64,000 nt of DNA from Gammaproteobacteria bacterium (GTDB lineage: Bacteria; Pseudomonadota; Gammaproteobacteria; G965209235): contig OZ242382.1 in NCBI GenBank assembly GCA_965209235.1, forward strand, positions 490,403 through 554,402. Direction: 5' to 3'. This document shows, in pieces, positions 19,215 through 29,362 of this stretch (position 1 is the first letter of the stretch; every line of letters starts with the position of its first letter). The notes under the pieces are model-generated. The model was not told the DNA's origin. It saw nothing but the letters and a program-made list of their open reading frames with translations, and did not search any database. The translations under genes were made by a program, and so were the position numbers.

Positions 19215-20756
19215 GTGCGGCCGATCGCATGTACAGGACATACTCGACCACCGCATATGACTATGGGATTCTCATATTCCCAATTATTGATCTATATACC
19301 CGACAAGATAATGTGTCGGAATCCAATTCACGCTACCGTGATGGAGATGTTGCGCACACGCATCCGTGCGTGTGTCTGTAGGCTGCAGTTACGAGTATGG
19401 TCGGGTTCGCCGATAACAGCAGCCGCGCGCGTCATTATTGCGACATTCGTTGCGGCAGCAGCGCTTCTTGTGTTATTAGAGCCAGTACATACCAATCGCT
19501 CGACCCATGTCACATCGCTAACCGCTGAACAATCCCCAAGGACATTGATGGCCTATCCTCCAGTGTCTGCAGTTCATGCCAAGATGATCCATGGCGTCAG
19601 CCGAATCCTACAGATCAAAGCGTCGTTCTCCGCCAAGCTCCTCGTGATCGCCTCAATGGGCCTAGCTATAGTCACTCTGCTGGTTGCGGCCGGGCCATCG
19701 GGACATTGGCTCTCACTCCTTTGCATTTGGCCAGCAACAGCGGTCGTCGTTGGTGTCGACAGGGCAGAAGGCATTGAAACGAGCTTCATCATATCAGTCA
19801 CGACAATCGCAGTCCTCACAGCGAATGGTCACGCATCTCGCAGTTGGCGGTTGCCCATCGCTTTGGGAGTAGTCTCTTTCGTTGCGGCGCTGATTTCCGG
19901 CAACGTTCTATTTGTGGTCGCGGCATTCACATATCCTTGCGTAGTACTCCTCACCCACCGACATATCCAAGCAGCCGGCCGCGTGGCTGTCTTAGCCGGT
20001 CTAACAGGCATGGCCCTCGCGGCCGTCGACGTGCTCCTCTCGCTCGGGCACTTCTCCTTACTCACAGGCAGACTGGCCTCTGAAAGCCCGCTGGCTTCGG
20101 TTCTCTTTCAAGAGCTCACGGTGACGGGGGTACTGTCTTTCGTGATCTTCCTAGCCGTCGTCCATCTAACACGTGGCCTTTCGCACCAACCGTTGTATCA
20201 AGTCGGATTCGCATTGCTAGCAGTTGGCGGCGCTGACATGCTGGCCTCACCACAACTTCCCTTCACCTTCGTTTTCTCGCTTGGGTGGTTCCTAGTAGCC
20301 GCAGGTGTACTAACCATCATTGCCGCTTCCTCGCGGATGGGCCTTTGGATCGCCAGTCTCGCCTCTGCCGCTATCGCGTTCACGTCCCTCACACTCAACG
20401 CACGCGACTCTCTGTACGCTCGATTCCAAGCCGGACCCGAACAGAGCTTCCGTCTGGTCAAACATCTCTACCGAAACATTCCCACCGGATCCGTCACATT
20501 TTCCTGTGCGGAGTCAACCCCATACGTAAGACCAGACATACAGCGATGGCTCGTGACAGATGTTCTGTCCTTCGAAGAACAGCTTCAGAGCATACAAGCT
20601 GATCGTTCAATCTACATCTGCGCTTCCATGGGACAGAAACTTCACTATGTTAAATGCTCTTACGACGGTGGAGTCGAACCTGCAGTCCTACCTGCAGATA
20701 CCTTAGCGCGTCTCGAAGACAAAGCCGGTTCGTGCCTACCCATCAAGTTGAGATGA
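19215..20756 (+). CDS. Polytopic (~10 TM) membrane protein with ~130-aa C-terminal soluble domain; function unknown (Wzy/ligase-like topology possible)
   Basis: A long ORF with many hydrophobic helices. The likely true start is an internal Met near 19341 (MEMLRTRI...). Confidence 0.5.
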   Translation: MRPIACTGHTRPPHMTMGFSYSQLLIYIPDKIMCRNPIHATVMEMLRTRIRACVCRLQLRVWSGSPITAAARVIIATFVAAAALLVLLEPVHTNRSTHVTSLTAEQSPRTLMAYPPVSAVHAKMIHGVSRILQIKASFSAKLLVIASMGLAIVTLLVAAGPSGHWLSLLCIWPATAVVVGVDRAEGIETSFIISVTTIAVLTANGHASRSWRLPIALGVVSFVAALISGNVLFVVAAFTYPCVVLLTHRHIQAAGRVAVLAGLTGMALAAVDVLLSLGHFSLLTGRLASESPLASVLFQELTVTGVLSFVIFLAVVHLTRGLSHQPLYQVGFALLAVGGADMLASPQLPFTFVFSLGWFLVAAGVLTIIAASSRMGLWIASLASAAIAFTSLTLNARDSLYARFQAGPEQSFRLVKHLYRNIPTGSVTFSCAESTPYVRPDIQRWLVTDVLSFEEQLQSIQADRSIYICASMGQKLHYVKCSYDGGVEPAVLPADTLARLEDKAGSCLPIKLR

Positions 20757-20821
20757 AAGCGCACTCCCGGCCGTATAGCAGCATGCTGGCGCTCGCTGAT
20801 CCAGTCAAGGAAACTCTTTAG

Positions 20822-22060
20822 ATGTGGCTTAAACGCAAGTTAGACCAGTTACGCCACCAGCGACCGGCTGACATTGGATATCGGTTGTGCGTATGTGGCA
20901 TTCTGGTACTTGGATCTTTAACCATGACCATCCATAGTTCAACACAGCCGTCTCTTGCGAGCCAAGCTCACGCAGACGGGTTCCTATATCTCTCGATTGC
21001 GACCAATATCCTTGAAGGTCATGGCGCGACAGCCTCCGGCAATGGCTCGACAGATACTTCTCTCCGCCATCTCAACCGTTGGCCGGTTGGATACCCGTTA
21101 CTCGTCGCTGCGATCGCGGGAGCCACAGGCACGTCTACACTGGCTGCAGCCAAGATCCTTGGTGCCGTTGCGCTGTGCCTCGCCGGCGGTATATTGATTT
21201 TCGCGCTCGGACGCACAACACCTTGGGTTGCGCTGACGTTACTGATGTACTCCAGTGTGTTTGCATTCTCCAAGGCCGGTACCGAAGGCGTACTTGTGAC
21301 CGCGCTGATTCTTGTAGCCTTCTTGACCTGTAAGACACTGCATAGATCGGGACGCCAACTTCATTTTGCGCTCGCGATGCTTGGCGTATCCATTTATATC
21401 GCATTCCTACTGCGGTATCACGGTGCGTTCGCACTGTGCACTCTGTTGTTCCCATTCATCGAGGCACTGCGAGATCGACGGCACATCGACGCCATTGCCA
21501 CCGTCGCCGTTGGGTTCGTTGTCCTCTTGGCAATGGTTAGTTATTGGGCTGTTGCATCCTTGTTCGGCAGCTCTACCGGTCACCCTGAACAGACAGCCGT
21601 CTTGATTGATGTGGATTTTCAATACATCCCCCAAATGTCTCAACAGGTCATCAACATTATTCGCCAGCAGACGATGATCCTCCCATGGCAGCCCTGGGCA
21701 AGAGCTCAATGGCTGACCTTGGCTATTCCACTCTTTGGCCTCTCACTTTCCAGCATATGGCAATGGAAACGCGGCGAGACGCCGACAGCATTCTTCCCTT
21801 TGACCAATCTTGGAAACATCTTGGTTTTTCTGGCAGGCTGCTATATCGTGAGCATAGTGTTCGCAAGTTCCGTTCTGCACTTCGACGCACTCAATTACCG
21901 CTTAATGATGCCAGCATCCTGTCTGCTGATGCTCGGCGTCTTGACTTGGTGCGCACGCAGTTCGCGATGGTTAGCTATCTTCGCTGGATGGCTCGCCGTC
22001 TCCATGGCTGGCCTGACATCTTACTGGGCCGCTGTGGAGTCAATTGCCTTTACTGGCTAA
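20822..22060 (+). CDS. GT-C fold glycosyltransferase (ArnT/PMT family 39/83-like)
   Basis: The N-terminal first-loop motif DGFLYLSIATNILEGHG matches the D..Y...A...G pattern of PMT_2/ArnT-like enzymes. It is followed by multiple TM helices. Confidence 0.6.
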   Translation: MWLKRKLDQLRHQRPADIGYRLCVCGILVLGSLTMTIHSSTQPSLASQAHADGFLYLSIATNILEGHGATASGNGSTDTSLRHLNRWPVGYPLLVAAIAGATGTSTLAAAKILGAVALCLAGGILIFALGRTTPWVALTLLMYSSVFAFSKAGTEGVLVTALILVAFLTCKTLHRSGRQLHFALAMLGVSIYIAFLLRYHGAFALCTLLFPFIEALRDRRHIDAIATVAVGFVVLLAMVSYWAVASLFGSSTGHPEQTAVLIDVDFQYIPQMSQQVINIIRQQTMILPWQPWARAQWLTLAIPLFGLSLSSIWQWKRGETPTAFFPLTNLGNILVFLAGCYIVSIVFASSVLHFDALNYRLMMPASCLLMLGVLTWCARSSRWLAIFAGWLAVSMAGLTSYWAAVESIAFTG

Positions 22061-22379
22061 CTTGATGATGACGCTGACTAACCAGAGGAACCGGCGGGTC
22101 TGTTGACGCATGAATGCGCACGGGAAGCAAGAGTAGTGACTCGAAAGCCTCCTAGAGTTGAAACGGCTCACTTAGACAGGTAGGCGTCTTTCATCCATGT
22201 GTAGAAGGAGTTTGGATGAATTGCCACTGCCTGACTTGCTTCTCTTCTTGCAAACGAATCATCGTGGCCCACAAAAGAACGGTATCGCTCCCGGAGAGTT
22301 CCTTAAGCATGTCGTCAGCTGAGCGAGGGAAAATGTCCGGAAATCGCCGATGACGTATCGGGAAGAATGTCGATACAGG

Positions 22380-22721
22380 AAGTGTGTGGCTTTGGAGCCA
22401 CTGGGGAGCGGTTTACTGCACCATCCGTGTGATTCCTTTCAGGTCCGATATATCCCCAATACCTTTGCGGAACTATCCATCGAAATCAATCAGAAAACGG
22501 GACATACCCTCGTGTTCGCGTTCGAAAAATATCGGTTGATGGCAAGATCTGGATCGCATCCTTCACCTCAACCCCATCTGGCACGTTACCAATCTGTCCG
22601 TACGAACATAAGTGGTACGGCTGCCTATAAGCAAGGAATGATCACATGCAAATAATCTCGGATCACCCAGTGATTGGCCCGCCCACAGTGCCTGAACAGG
22701 AGCATATTGGCGCTCGGTCAT
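22380..22721 (-). pseudogene. Degenerate remnant of a GT32 (DXD) glycosyltransferase paralog
   Basis: The minus-strand translation gives MTERQYAPVQALWAGQSLGD, then after a frameshift EIICM*SFLAYRQPYHLCSYGQIGNVPDGVEVKDAIQILPSTDIFRTRTRGYVPFSD*FRW. This is collinear with the N-terminal 150 aa of the intact paralogs at 23784..24716 and 24769..25680, but carries two in-frame TGA codons and at least one frameshift. Confidence 0.7.
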
Positions 22722-22760
22722 AGCCATACCAATCACCGGCGATGATGTCGCAAACGGACA

Positions 22761-23771
22761 TTACTGAATAAACTCAGCCACACGCTGATTGAGATCGCGC
22801 TTCAATTGGTTCACCATATCTCGATCGACTGTGCGATATTGCATCGCAATGTCACTGCCCGGCTCTCCCCCGTCATATCCACCTAGATAAGGACGAAGTC
22901 CCGCAAATCGAGGGTCCCTCTCGTACGCCGCATTGATGAACACCATATCGGTATTGAATGCTCGGCAAGGAAGCCCGCAATGTAAGCGGGTGGTCAACAC
23001 CAACTCCGCACGCCTGTACTGATCCAGGACCTGTTGCGCAAACTTCAATCGGACCTGAGGCTGGAATCGCATCGGATCACCTTCATCAAACTCGTGCGCG
23101 ACCTTCGTTGAAGATGCCCACGGTTTCAGATTGTTCCCGTGGTACTCAAGGTAATCAACACCTGGAGGCATGTCAACGAGATAAGTCCCTTCGCGAGGCT
23201 CGACGCTCTCATCAAACGTCAATGTCAAGCATCCGCTGAAGTACGCGTCTATTCCTGCAGCCTTGAAATGCTCCACGGTGGCTTCATCCCGGCACCCGAT
23301 TGGTGCGTGCTTCTGGAAGTACTCTTTGTAACGCGAGATTAACCGAAGGTCGTTGACGTGAAAACTGATAAACGTCGGATAGATATTGGCAGGAGGCTCA
23401 AACATATTCAAATTGTGCGAGTACCAGCCGTTCATGATTACACGGACGGGCGGGCCGTCGTACAGGGATAACCGTTCCCGGTCAATCAGCACGATCTCCT
23501 CCTCTGATACACCCTGCTTCTTCAGGAGATTGATAGCCGCCAAAGTCTGCACATCATCACCAATGTTATGTGTACTCGCCCATATCACACCAAATCGTTG
23601 AGGCGTTTGCCGCACGAGCGCCTTCGCTCGTTGCCGCAGGAGATTCCCGCGAATACGGTCGTTTTCATTGGTCCGTCCTCGGATCACTCGACTGAGCCAC
23701 TTGGTGCCGCGCATCATCCTTGATCGCACATGGACACAGCCACTTGCCGCCGGTGCTGCGCAACGGCCCAT
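22761..23771 (-). CDS. Polysaccharide pyruvyl transferase family protein (WcaK/CsaB-like)
   Basis: It has the N-terminal NIGDDVQTLAAINLL (the GN.GD motif) and the C-terminal TTRLHCGLPCRAFNTDMVFI (the RLH motif). It is a paralog of 29363..30463 and 30535..31707. Confidence 0.6.
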   Translation of the reverse strand: MGRCAAPAASGCVHVRSRMMRGTKWLSRVIRGRTNENDRIRGNLLRQRAKALVRQTPQRFGVIWASTHNIGDDVQTLAAINLLKKQGVSEEEIVLIDRERLSLYDGPPVRVIMNGWYSHNLNMFEPPANIYPTFISFHVNDLRLISRYKEYFQKHAPIGCRDEATVEHFKAAGIDAYFSGCLTLTFDESVEPREGTYLVDMPPGVDYLEYHGNNLKPWASSTKVAHEFDEGDPMRFQPQVRLKFAQQVLDQYRRAELVLTTRLHCGLPCRAFNTDMVFINAAYERDPRFAGLRPYLGGYDGGEPGSDIAMQYRTVDRDMVNQLKRDLNQRVAEFIQ

Positions 23772-23783
23772 GTGAACACTATC

Positions 23784-24716
23784 TCATTGGATTTCATAAC
23801 TTGACCCTTCTGCAGCCCGGTCCTTCGTAAAACGATTGAGTATCTGAGCATAAAACGACTGGGAGTGCATTCCCGTCGCATGATGGCTCGTATTTTGTGC
23901 CCAAGACACCATATTGGCCCAAAAATGCACCGTGTAGCTGGATGCCAGACGATCGACAACCGCTTCGGCCGGTCGGTCGAAAATCTCGTGAAACCGATGC
24001 GGCGGGATAGGGAAAAAGGCCGAGGGTGAAAGCGCACTCTCCTCTAACAAACGTGGCCAATATCTCCTCAGATGCTCGGTGACGCTCGTGGGGCCAATGA
24101 CATCTTCCAGCGACGCAAGCGCGTGCACCTTGTACGCGTCCCAGGGCGCTTGACGTCTCATGCGCAGGAGTCCTCGGATCTCTTTCCACGGCAACGGGCG
24201 CTTGCGAACCATGGCACCAAAAAGAGCGCTTCGGATGCGCCGATTGGCATGTCGATCGATTTGCGCAAGGATTTCTCCCGCGATAGGGTGTCCTTTGGGT
24301 AGACGTAAGCACGCCAGACATACGACTGCGTTATTCAAATTAACGAAGTGTTCATATCCAAAGACAACCTCATTCGTGAAGTCGAGAGGCTTCAGGCAAA
24401 AAACGTCAGTATCGACGTAGTAACCACCACGTTGGTCCATGAGTGCAAATCGAAACCAGTCAGAAAACGGGGCGTACCCACGTGATTTCGTGCGGTAGAC
24501 ACTCGTCTTGGGCAAGATCTCGGTTGCGTCCTTGCACAGAACGCCAGACGGCAGATTCTGAACCGGCGCGTAGGTGTACAAGTGGTAAGGATGTCCCATC
24601 TCGAGAAACGAACGCGCGCAGAGAGCGGACAGTTCTGAAAACGTGTCCCCAATCCAAAGAGCCTGCACTGGTTCGAACTGCTGAACTTTTTCGGAATCTG
24701 CGGACATATGTATCAA
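23784..24716 (-). CDS. GT32-like glycosyltransferase (sugar-binding region with DXD motif, OCH1/Gly_transf_sug family)
   Basis: The motifs PVQALWIGD and YAPFSDWFRFALMDQRGGYYVDTDVFCLKPL give the GT32 SD..R...L...GG.Y.D.D pattern. Confidence 0.7.
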   Translation of the reverse strand: MIHMSADSEKVQQFEPVQALWIGDTFSELSALCARSFLEMGHPYHLYTYAPVQNLPSGVLCKDATEILPKTSVYRTKSRGYAPFSDWFRFALMDQRGGYYVDTDVFCLKPLDFTNEVVFGYEHFVNLNNAVVCLACLRLPKGHPIAGEILAQIDRHANRRIRSALFGAMVRKRPLPWKEIRGLLRMRRQAPWDAYKVHALASLEDVIGPTSVTEHLRRYWPRLLEESALSPSAFFPIPPHRFHEIFDRPAEAVVDRLASSYTVHFWANMVSWAQNTSHHATGMHSQSFYAQILNRFTKDRAAEGSSYEIQ

Positions 24717-24768
24717 TTGTCACGCACGGGGCTGCGATTGCATTTGGGCAGATTCTGACGCTTGCATG

Positions 24769-25680
24769 TTAGCTAGATAGATACCGATCCTTCATCCACT
24801 CATAGAACGAGTTTGGGCGCACGACGATATCGTGCCCTTGCTTCTGTTCATGCGCTCGGATCATCGTCGCCCAGATGTGCAGGGTATAGCTCTCTGAAAT
24901 CTCATCCAGCACGTCTTCGGCTGCGCGAGTAAAGATGTCTTCGAATCTCTGTGGTGTCAGCGGAAAGAAAGATTTCGTGGGCTGGGTGTGACTCGCTAGT
25001 AACTCCGGTGCATCCCGCTGTATTGCCACAGTCACTCCATCGGGGCCGATCATATCTTCGACTGATTTCAACACTTTCAACCTGTACTTTGAATAGTCGC
25101 AAGACACGAATGTCTTCGCAAGGTCGATAATCTGATTCCGATGTACGCTGCGCCACTTTCTCAGTTTCTGCATCGTGAGACTGCCTAGACGGCGTTTGAC
25201 GAATTTGTCAACTTCTTGCAGCATGGTACTGCACAGAACGTGTCCGGCTTGCATCCGAATAACCGCTGTACCGAGCCTCGTTTCAACGGGAGGATCGAAG
25301 ACTTCCCACCCAAAGACGATGTCTTCAGAAAAGTCTAGCGGTCTCAAGCACAACACATCCGTATCAACCCAATAACCGCCGCGTTCCTGAAAAAGGGCCC
25401 ATCGAAACCAGTCAGAGAAAGGCGCGTAGCCACGGTAATTGGTTGCGTACACACACGACGCGGGCAAAACCGCATTAGCGTCCTTCAGTTCAACGCCGCT
25501 TGGGAGGTTGTCAATATCGTTGTATGTGTACAGGTGGTACGGGTGCCCATGCTCGAGAAAGGACCGCATGCACATGACTTCTGTCGCGCCTAGCTTGTTT
25601 CCGACCCACAATGCCTGAACGGGTGGTAATTGTCCGGTTTGTGCAGTTGGTTGGCTCGTGTGCGCCATAACCGAGAGCAT
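24769..25680 (-). CDS. GT32-like glycosyltransferase paralog
   Basis: It has PVQALWVGN and YAPFSDWFRWALFQERGGYWVDTDVLCLRPL, and is ~55% identical to 23784..24716. Confidence 0.7.
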   Translation of the reverse strand: MLSVMAHTSQPTAQTGQLPPVQALWVGNKLGATEVMCMRSFLEHGHPYHLYTYNDIDNLPSGVELKDANAVLPASCVYATNYRGYAPFSDWFRWALFQERGGYWVDTDVLCLRPLDFSEDIVFGWEVFDPPVETRLGTAVIRMQAGHVLCSTMLQEVDKFVKRRLGSLTMQKLRKWRSVHRNQIIDLAKTFVSCDYSKYRLKVLKSVEDMIGPDGVTVAIQRDAPELLASHTQPTKSFFPLTPQRFEDIFTRAAEDVLDEISESYTLHIWATMIRAHEQKQGHDIVVRPNSFYEWMKDRYLSS

Positions 25681-25919
25681 CTGGTCACAGGTCTTAACGT
25701 GTGATTATGGCATAGCCCTGCGACCTCATGAAACCCTCTAGGCAAATAACTTCCCATCTCGCTAGTCAGCCGTGTCGCCCGCATCATTCAAGAGCACCCT
25801 CAATGCCAGTGATTGGGTCGTAATCCACCCGCAAGTCACGGAAATCTGAATCGTATGCGCCGCTTCCAAGAGTCGACATAAGAAAATAGTAGGCATCCAC
25901 TACTTGAGGACGACGTCAC

Positions 25920-27149
25920 GTGTCAGCCTTTGGCATTCCGGTTCCGCCAGCCCGCCCTGGTGAACAGCCCGACTTTTCTTCTTTGAACTTGTCCGACCTT
26001 GTGAATCCTCACGTCCCAGCGATCGACTGTTCTGCTCATGACACCCAAGATGCGTCAACAGGCCTGATCCGCGTGTTGCGCGATTCTGCAACGCTGAGTG
26101 GCCCATGGTACAACGCGGATGAACCCGCGTTTTCTGACGATGCACTACTGACCACACTGAAGAAGATGTTTGCGTTGCGCCACTATGACGACGTCATGAT
26201 GCGGGCACAGCGACAAGGGAAAACGACGTTCTGTGTTCAGAACAAAGGAGAGGAAGCAGTCGCCTTAGGGGTGCAAGCCGCTACTCAGAAGGGTGACATG
26301 CACTTTCCGACCTATCGGGGACACGGCATCCTCTTTGGACTGGACTATCCCATTGTTGACCTCATGTGCCAATGCTATGCCAACACCAAAGACCCTCTCG
26401 GTGGCCGGCAACTACCAGCCTTGGTGTCGTCGAGAGCACATGGCTACTTCACCATCTCCGGAAACCTTGCGACCCAATACTCCAACGCTGTTGGCTGGGC
26501 GATGGCCTCTGCGATCAAGGGCGAGACATCAGCCACCATTGGTTGGATCGGAGAAGGATCAACCGCCGAAAATGACTTCCATGCGGCCACGGTTTTCGCG
26601 TCCACGTACCGCCCGCCGATTGTGCTGGTGGTTGTGAACAACCAGTGGGCCATTTCCACGTTTCAAGGCGTGGCTGCTGGTGGGCGAACGACTTTTGCCC
26701 AACACTTCATTGGGGCTGGCATTCCAGCGTTGAGAGTGGATGGCAATGACTTTTTCGCTGTTGTCGCAGCCGCCCGCTATTCCCTTAACCGCGTACGCGC
26801 TGGCCACGGCCCCATCGGGATAGAGATCGTGACCTATCGCGCGGGACCTCACTCATCATCCGATGATCCCTCGCTATACCGCCCTGCCGAAGAAGCCAGT
26901 CAGTGGCCCCTTGGAGATCCCGTCGATCGCTTATCGACATTCCTCATTGAGCAGGGCACGGTCACCCGCGAACACCTTGAAGAGGTCAAAATGGATGCCC
27001 ATCGTGAGATCGATGAAGCCCAAAAAGTTGCTGAGTCGCACGGCACCTTTCGCGACGGTCGACTAGCACCAACAGAACGGATGTTTGACGACGTGTATGC
27101 ATCCATGCCGGATCATATTCGGCGCCAGAAAGAGGAGGCCACATCCTGA
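25920..27149 (+). CDS. bkdA1: Branched-chain 2-oxoacid dehydrogenase E1 alpha subunit
   Basis: It aligns along its full length with Pseudomonas BkdA1 (PARPGEQPDFS, YRGHG, ISGNLATQ, the TPP-binding region). Confidence 0.9.
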   Translation: MSAFGIPVPPARPGEQPDFSSLNLSDLVNPHVPAIDCSAHDTQDASTGLIRVLRDSATLSGPWYNADEPAFSDDALLTTLKKMFALRHYDDVMMRAQRQGKTTFCVQNKGEEAVALGVQAATQKGDMHFPTYRGHGILFGLDYPIVDLMCQCYANTKDPLGGRQLPALVSSRAHGYFTISGNLATQYSNAVGWAMASAIKGETSATIGWIGEGSTAENDFHAATVFASTYRPPIVLVVVNNQWAISTFQGVAAGGRTTFAQHFIGAGIPALRVDGNDFFAVVAAARYSLNRVRAGHGPIGIEIVTYRAGPHSSSDDPSLYRPAEEASQWPLGDPVDRLSTFLIEQGTVTREHLEEVKMDAHREIDEAQKVAESHGTFRDGRLAPTERMFDDVYASMPDHIRRQKEEATS

Positions 27150-28162
27150 TGAAAGCGACGTCCATGATTGAAGCCATTCGCGATGCACATGCATGTGAAA
27201 TGGAACGTGACCCCACAGTCATTGTGTTTGGGCAAGATAGCGGCTACTTCGGCGGCGTGTTTCGCGCAACCGCCGGGCTGCAAAAGCGATTCGGCCTCCA
27301 GCGGTGCTTTGATGCCCCCATCAGTGAGTGCGGCATCATCGGAGTGGGCGTTGGCATGGCTGCCAACGGACTCAGGCCTGTTGTTGAAATCCAATTTGCT
27401 GACTACGTCTACCCTGGATACGACCAAATTGTCTCCGAAGCCGCAAAGATTCGGCACCGTTCTGGGGGAGACTTTTCCTGCCCCATGGTAATCCGAATGC
27501 CTTACGGCGGTGGCATCTATGGAGGCCAAACACATAGTCAAAGTCCTGAGGCCCTGTTTACCCATATTGCGGGCATCAAGACAGTGATCCCTTCTACGCC
27601 TTACGATGCCAAAGGACTCCTTATTGCGGCAATCCGAGACCCGGACCCGGTGGTGTTTATGGAACCTAAGCGCCTGTACCGAGGCCCATTTTCTGGACAT
27701 CACAACCAACCAGCACAGAATTGGTCCACGCACGAGGCGTCTGATGTCCCCATGGGCAGCTACGAAGTTCCCATTGGAAAAGCCGCAATCGCTCGACCAG
27801 GCAATGCCATCACGGTTCTGTGTTATGGAACGATGGTCCATGTCGTCATGACTGCCGCAAGCGAAGCGCAGATTGATGCCGAAGTCATTGATATACGCAC
27901 ACTAGTGCCACTTGATCTCGACACGATCACAACTTCTGTGAAAAAAACAGGACGATGCATAGTGGTCCATGAAGCCCCCCGCACGAGTGGCTTTGGAGCC
28001 GAACTGGTGGCTGCCGTCCAAGATGAAGTGTTTTTCCATCTTGAAGCACCGATTGCCAGAGTGACCGGTTGGGATACGCCGTATCCCCACGCCCAGGAGT
28101 GGGATTACTTCCCTTCGCCTGCGCGCATCGCGCGTAGCATGCAGCAGACTTTGGAGGCGTAA
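27149..28162 (+). CDS. bkdA2: Branched-chain 2-oxoacid dehydrogenase E1 beta subunit
   Basis: It has transketolase-like pyrimidine-binding and C-terminal domains. Its start codon overlaps the bkdA1 stop. Confidence 0.9.
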   Translation: MKATSMIEAIRDAHACEMERDPTVIVFGQDSGYFGGVFRATAGLQKRFGLQRCFDAPISECGIIGVGVGMAANGLRPVVEIQFADYVYPGYDQIVSEAAKIRHRSGGDFSCPMVIRMPYGGGIYGGQTHSQSPEALFTHIAGIKTVIPSTPYDAKGLLIAAIRDPDPVVFMEPKRLYRGPFSGHHNQPAQNWSTHEASDVPMGSYEVPIGKAAIARPGNAITVLCYGTMVHVVMTAASEAQIDAEVIDIRTLVPLDLDTITTSVKKTGRCIVVHEAPRTSGFGAELVAAVQDEVFFHLEAPIARVTGWDTPYPHAQEWDYFPSPARIARSMQQTLEA

Positions 28163-28164
28163 GG

Positions 28165-29355
28165 ATGTTCGCTTTTAACTTACCTGATGTCGGTGAAGGA
28201 ATTGCCGAAGCGGAACTCATTGAATGGCACGTCGAGGTGGGAGATGCAGTCGCAGAACACGCGCTGATCGCCACCGTGATGACAGAAAAAGTCACAGTCG
28301 AGGTTCCTTCGCCGTTTGCCGGGAAGGTTATGTGGCGCTGCGGTGATGTGGGTGACATTCTGGCTGTCGGCGCCCCTCTCGTGAAATTTGATGGTGCGAC
28401 GCCTCTTGTGACAGATGTCAAACAGGCTGATCCCACACCGCCACATCCAGCGAATGAGCTGCATGATGGATCGCCCCGGCAAACCACGCAGGCCGCGCCA
28501 GCCGTACGGCGGTACGCCCGAGAACTAGGTATTGATCTGAGCACCATCACGGGGACCGGGCCAAAGGGGCGGGTACTGCGCGGCGATATCGATCGCCATC
28601 AGGCCCAAGGACCATCGTCGTTGCACCCAGCGCCGACATTAGCCTCACCTCAAAACCCAACTGACGCCCCAGACACGGTCGTGCCCGTCCGCGGATTGAG
28701 ACGCACGATTGCGAAACGTCTGTCTGCCGTCAATAGTGACGTCCCCCACATCACGTATGTGGAAGAGGTGGACATGACGCAAACACTAGCGCTTCGCGAT
28801 CAGTTCCAGCGCAGCCAATCTCTCTCCCTCAGCCCGCTGCCGTTCATCGCTCGCGCCGCATGTCAAGCATGTCGCGACTTCCCGCAAATCAACGCGACCT
28901 ATGACGCCGAAGCTCAGTCAGTCGTTCAGCACTCATCTGTGCATCTCGGCATTGCGACCCAAACCGAGCGCGGCTTGGTTGTCGGCGTCGTGAAGCATGC
29001 GGACAAAAGGCTGGTTCCAGATCTGGCCAGTGAAATCACGCGCGTCTCCGGTGCTGCCAAGCAGGGACGCGCCACTCGTGAAGAACTCAGCGGCTCGACG
29101 CTCACCATTACCTCATTGGGAAAACTCGGCGGCATCGTCGTCACCCCCTTAATCAATCCGCCCGAAGTGGCCATTTTGGGAATCAATCGCATTCGGACCC
29201 AGCCGGTCTGGAGCAACGGAACGTGGCTACCACGCGAAATGATGAATATCTCGTGTAGTGTTGATCATCGTTTCGTGGATGGCTACGACATCGCTGCGTA
29301 TATCCAGCGCCTCAAAGAAATACTCGAGCATCCGGGCTTGACGACTCTATCGTAA
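28165..29355 (+). CDS. bkdB: Dihydrolipoamide branched-chain acyltransferase E2
   Basis: It has an N-terminal lipoyl domain (MTEKVTVEVPSPFAGKV), an E3-binding domain and the catalytic DHRFVDG motif. Confidence 0.9.
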   Translation: MFAFNLPDVGEGIAEAELIEWHVEVGDAVAEHALIATVMTEKVTVEVPSPFAGKVMWRCGDVGDILAVGAPLVKFDGATPLVTDVKQADPTPPHPANELHDGSPRQTTQAAPAVRRYARELGIDLSTITGTGPKGRVLRGDIDRHQAQGPSSLHPAPTLASPQNPTDAPDTVVPVRGLRRTIAKRLSAVNSDVPHITYVEEVDMTQTLALRDQFQRSQSLSLSPLPFIARAACQACRDFPQINATYDAEAQSVVQHSSVHLGIATQTERGLVVGVVKHADKRLVPDLASEITRVSGAAKQGRATREELSGSTLTITSLGKLGGIVVTPLINPPEVAILGINRIRTQPVWSNGTWLPREMMNISCSVDHRFVDGYDIAAYIQRLKEILEHPGLTTLS

Positions 29356-29362
29356 CGCCAAG

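Noticed and set aside
22350-22655. 101-aa plus-strand ORF in the gap between the GT-C gene and pyruvyltransferase
   Set aside because: The region is explained by a minus-strand GT32 pseudogene, and the plus ORF has no start context or motifs.
23794-24321. 175-aa minus-strand ORF in an alternate frame within the GT32 gene
   Set aside because: It is nested in another frame of the well-supported GT32 gene at 23784..24716.
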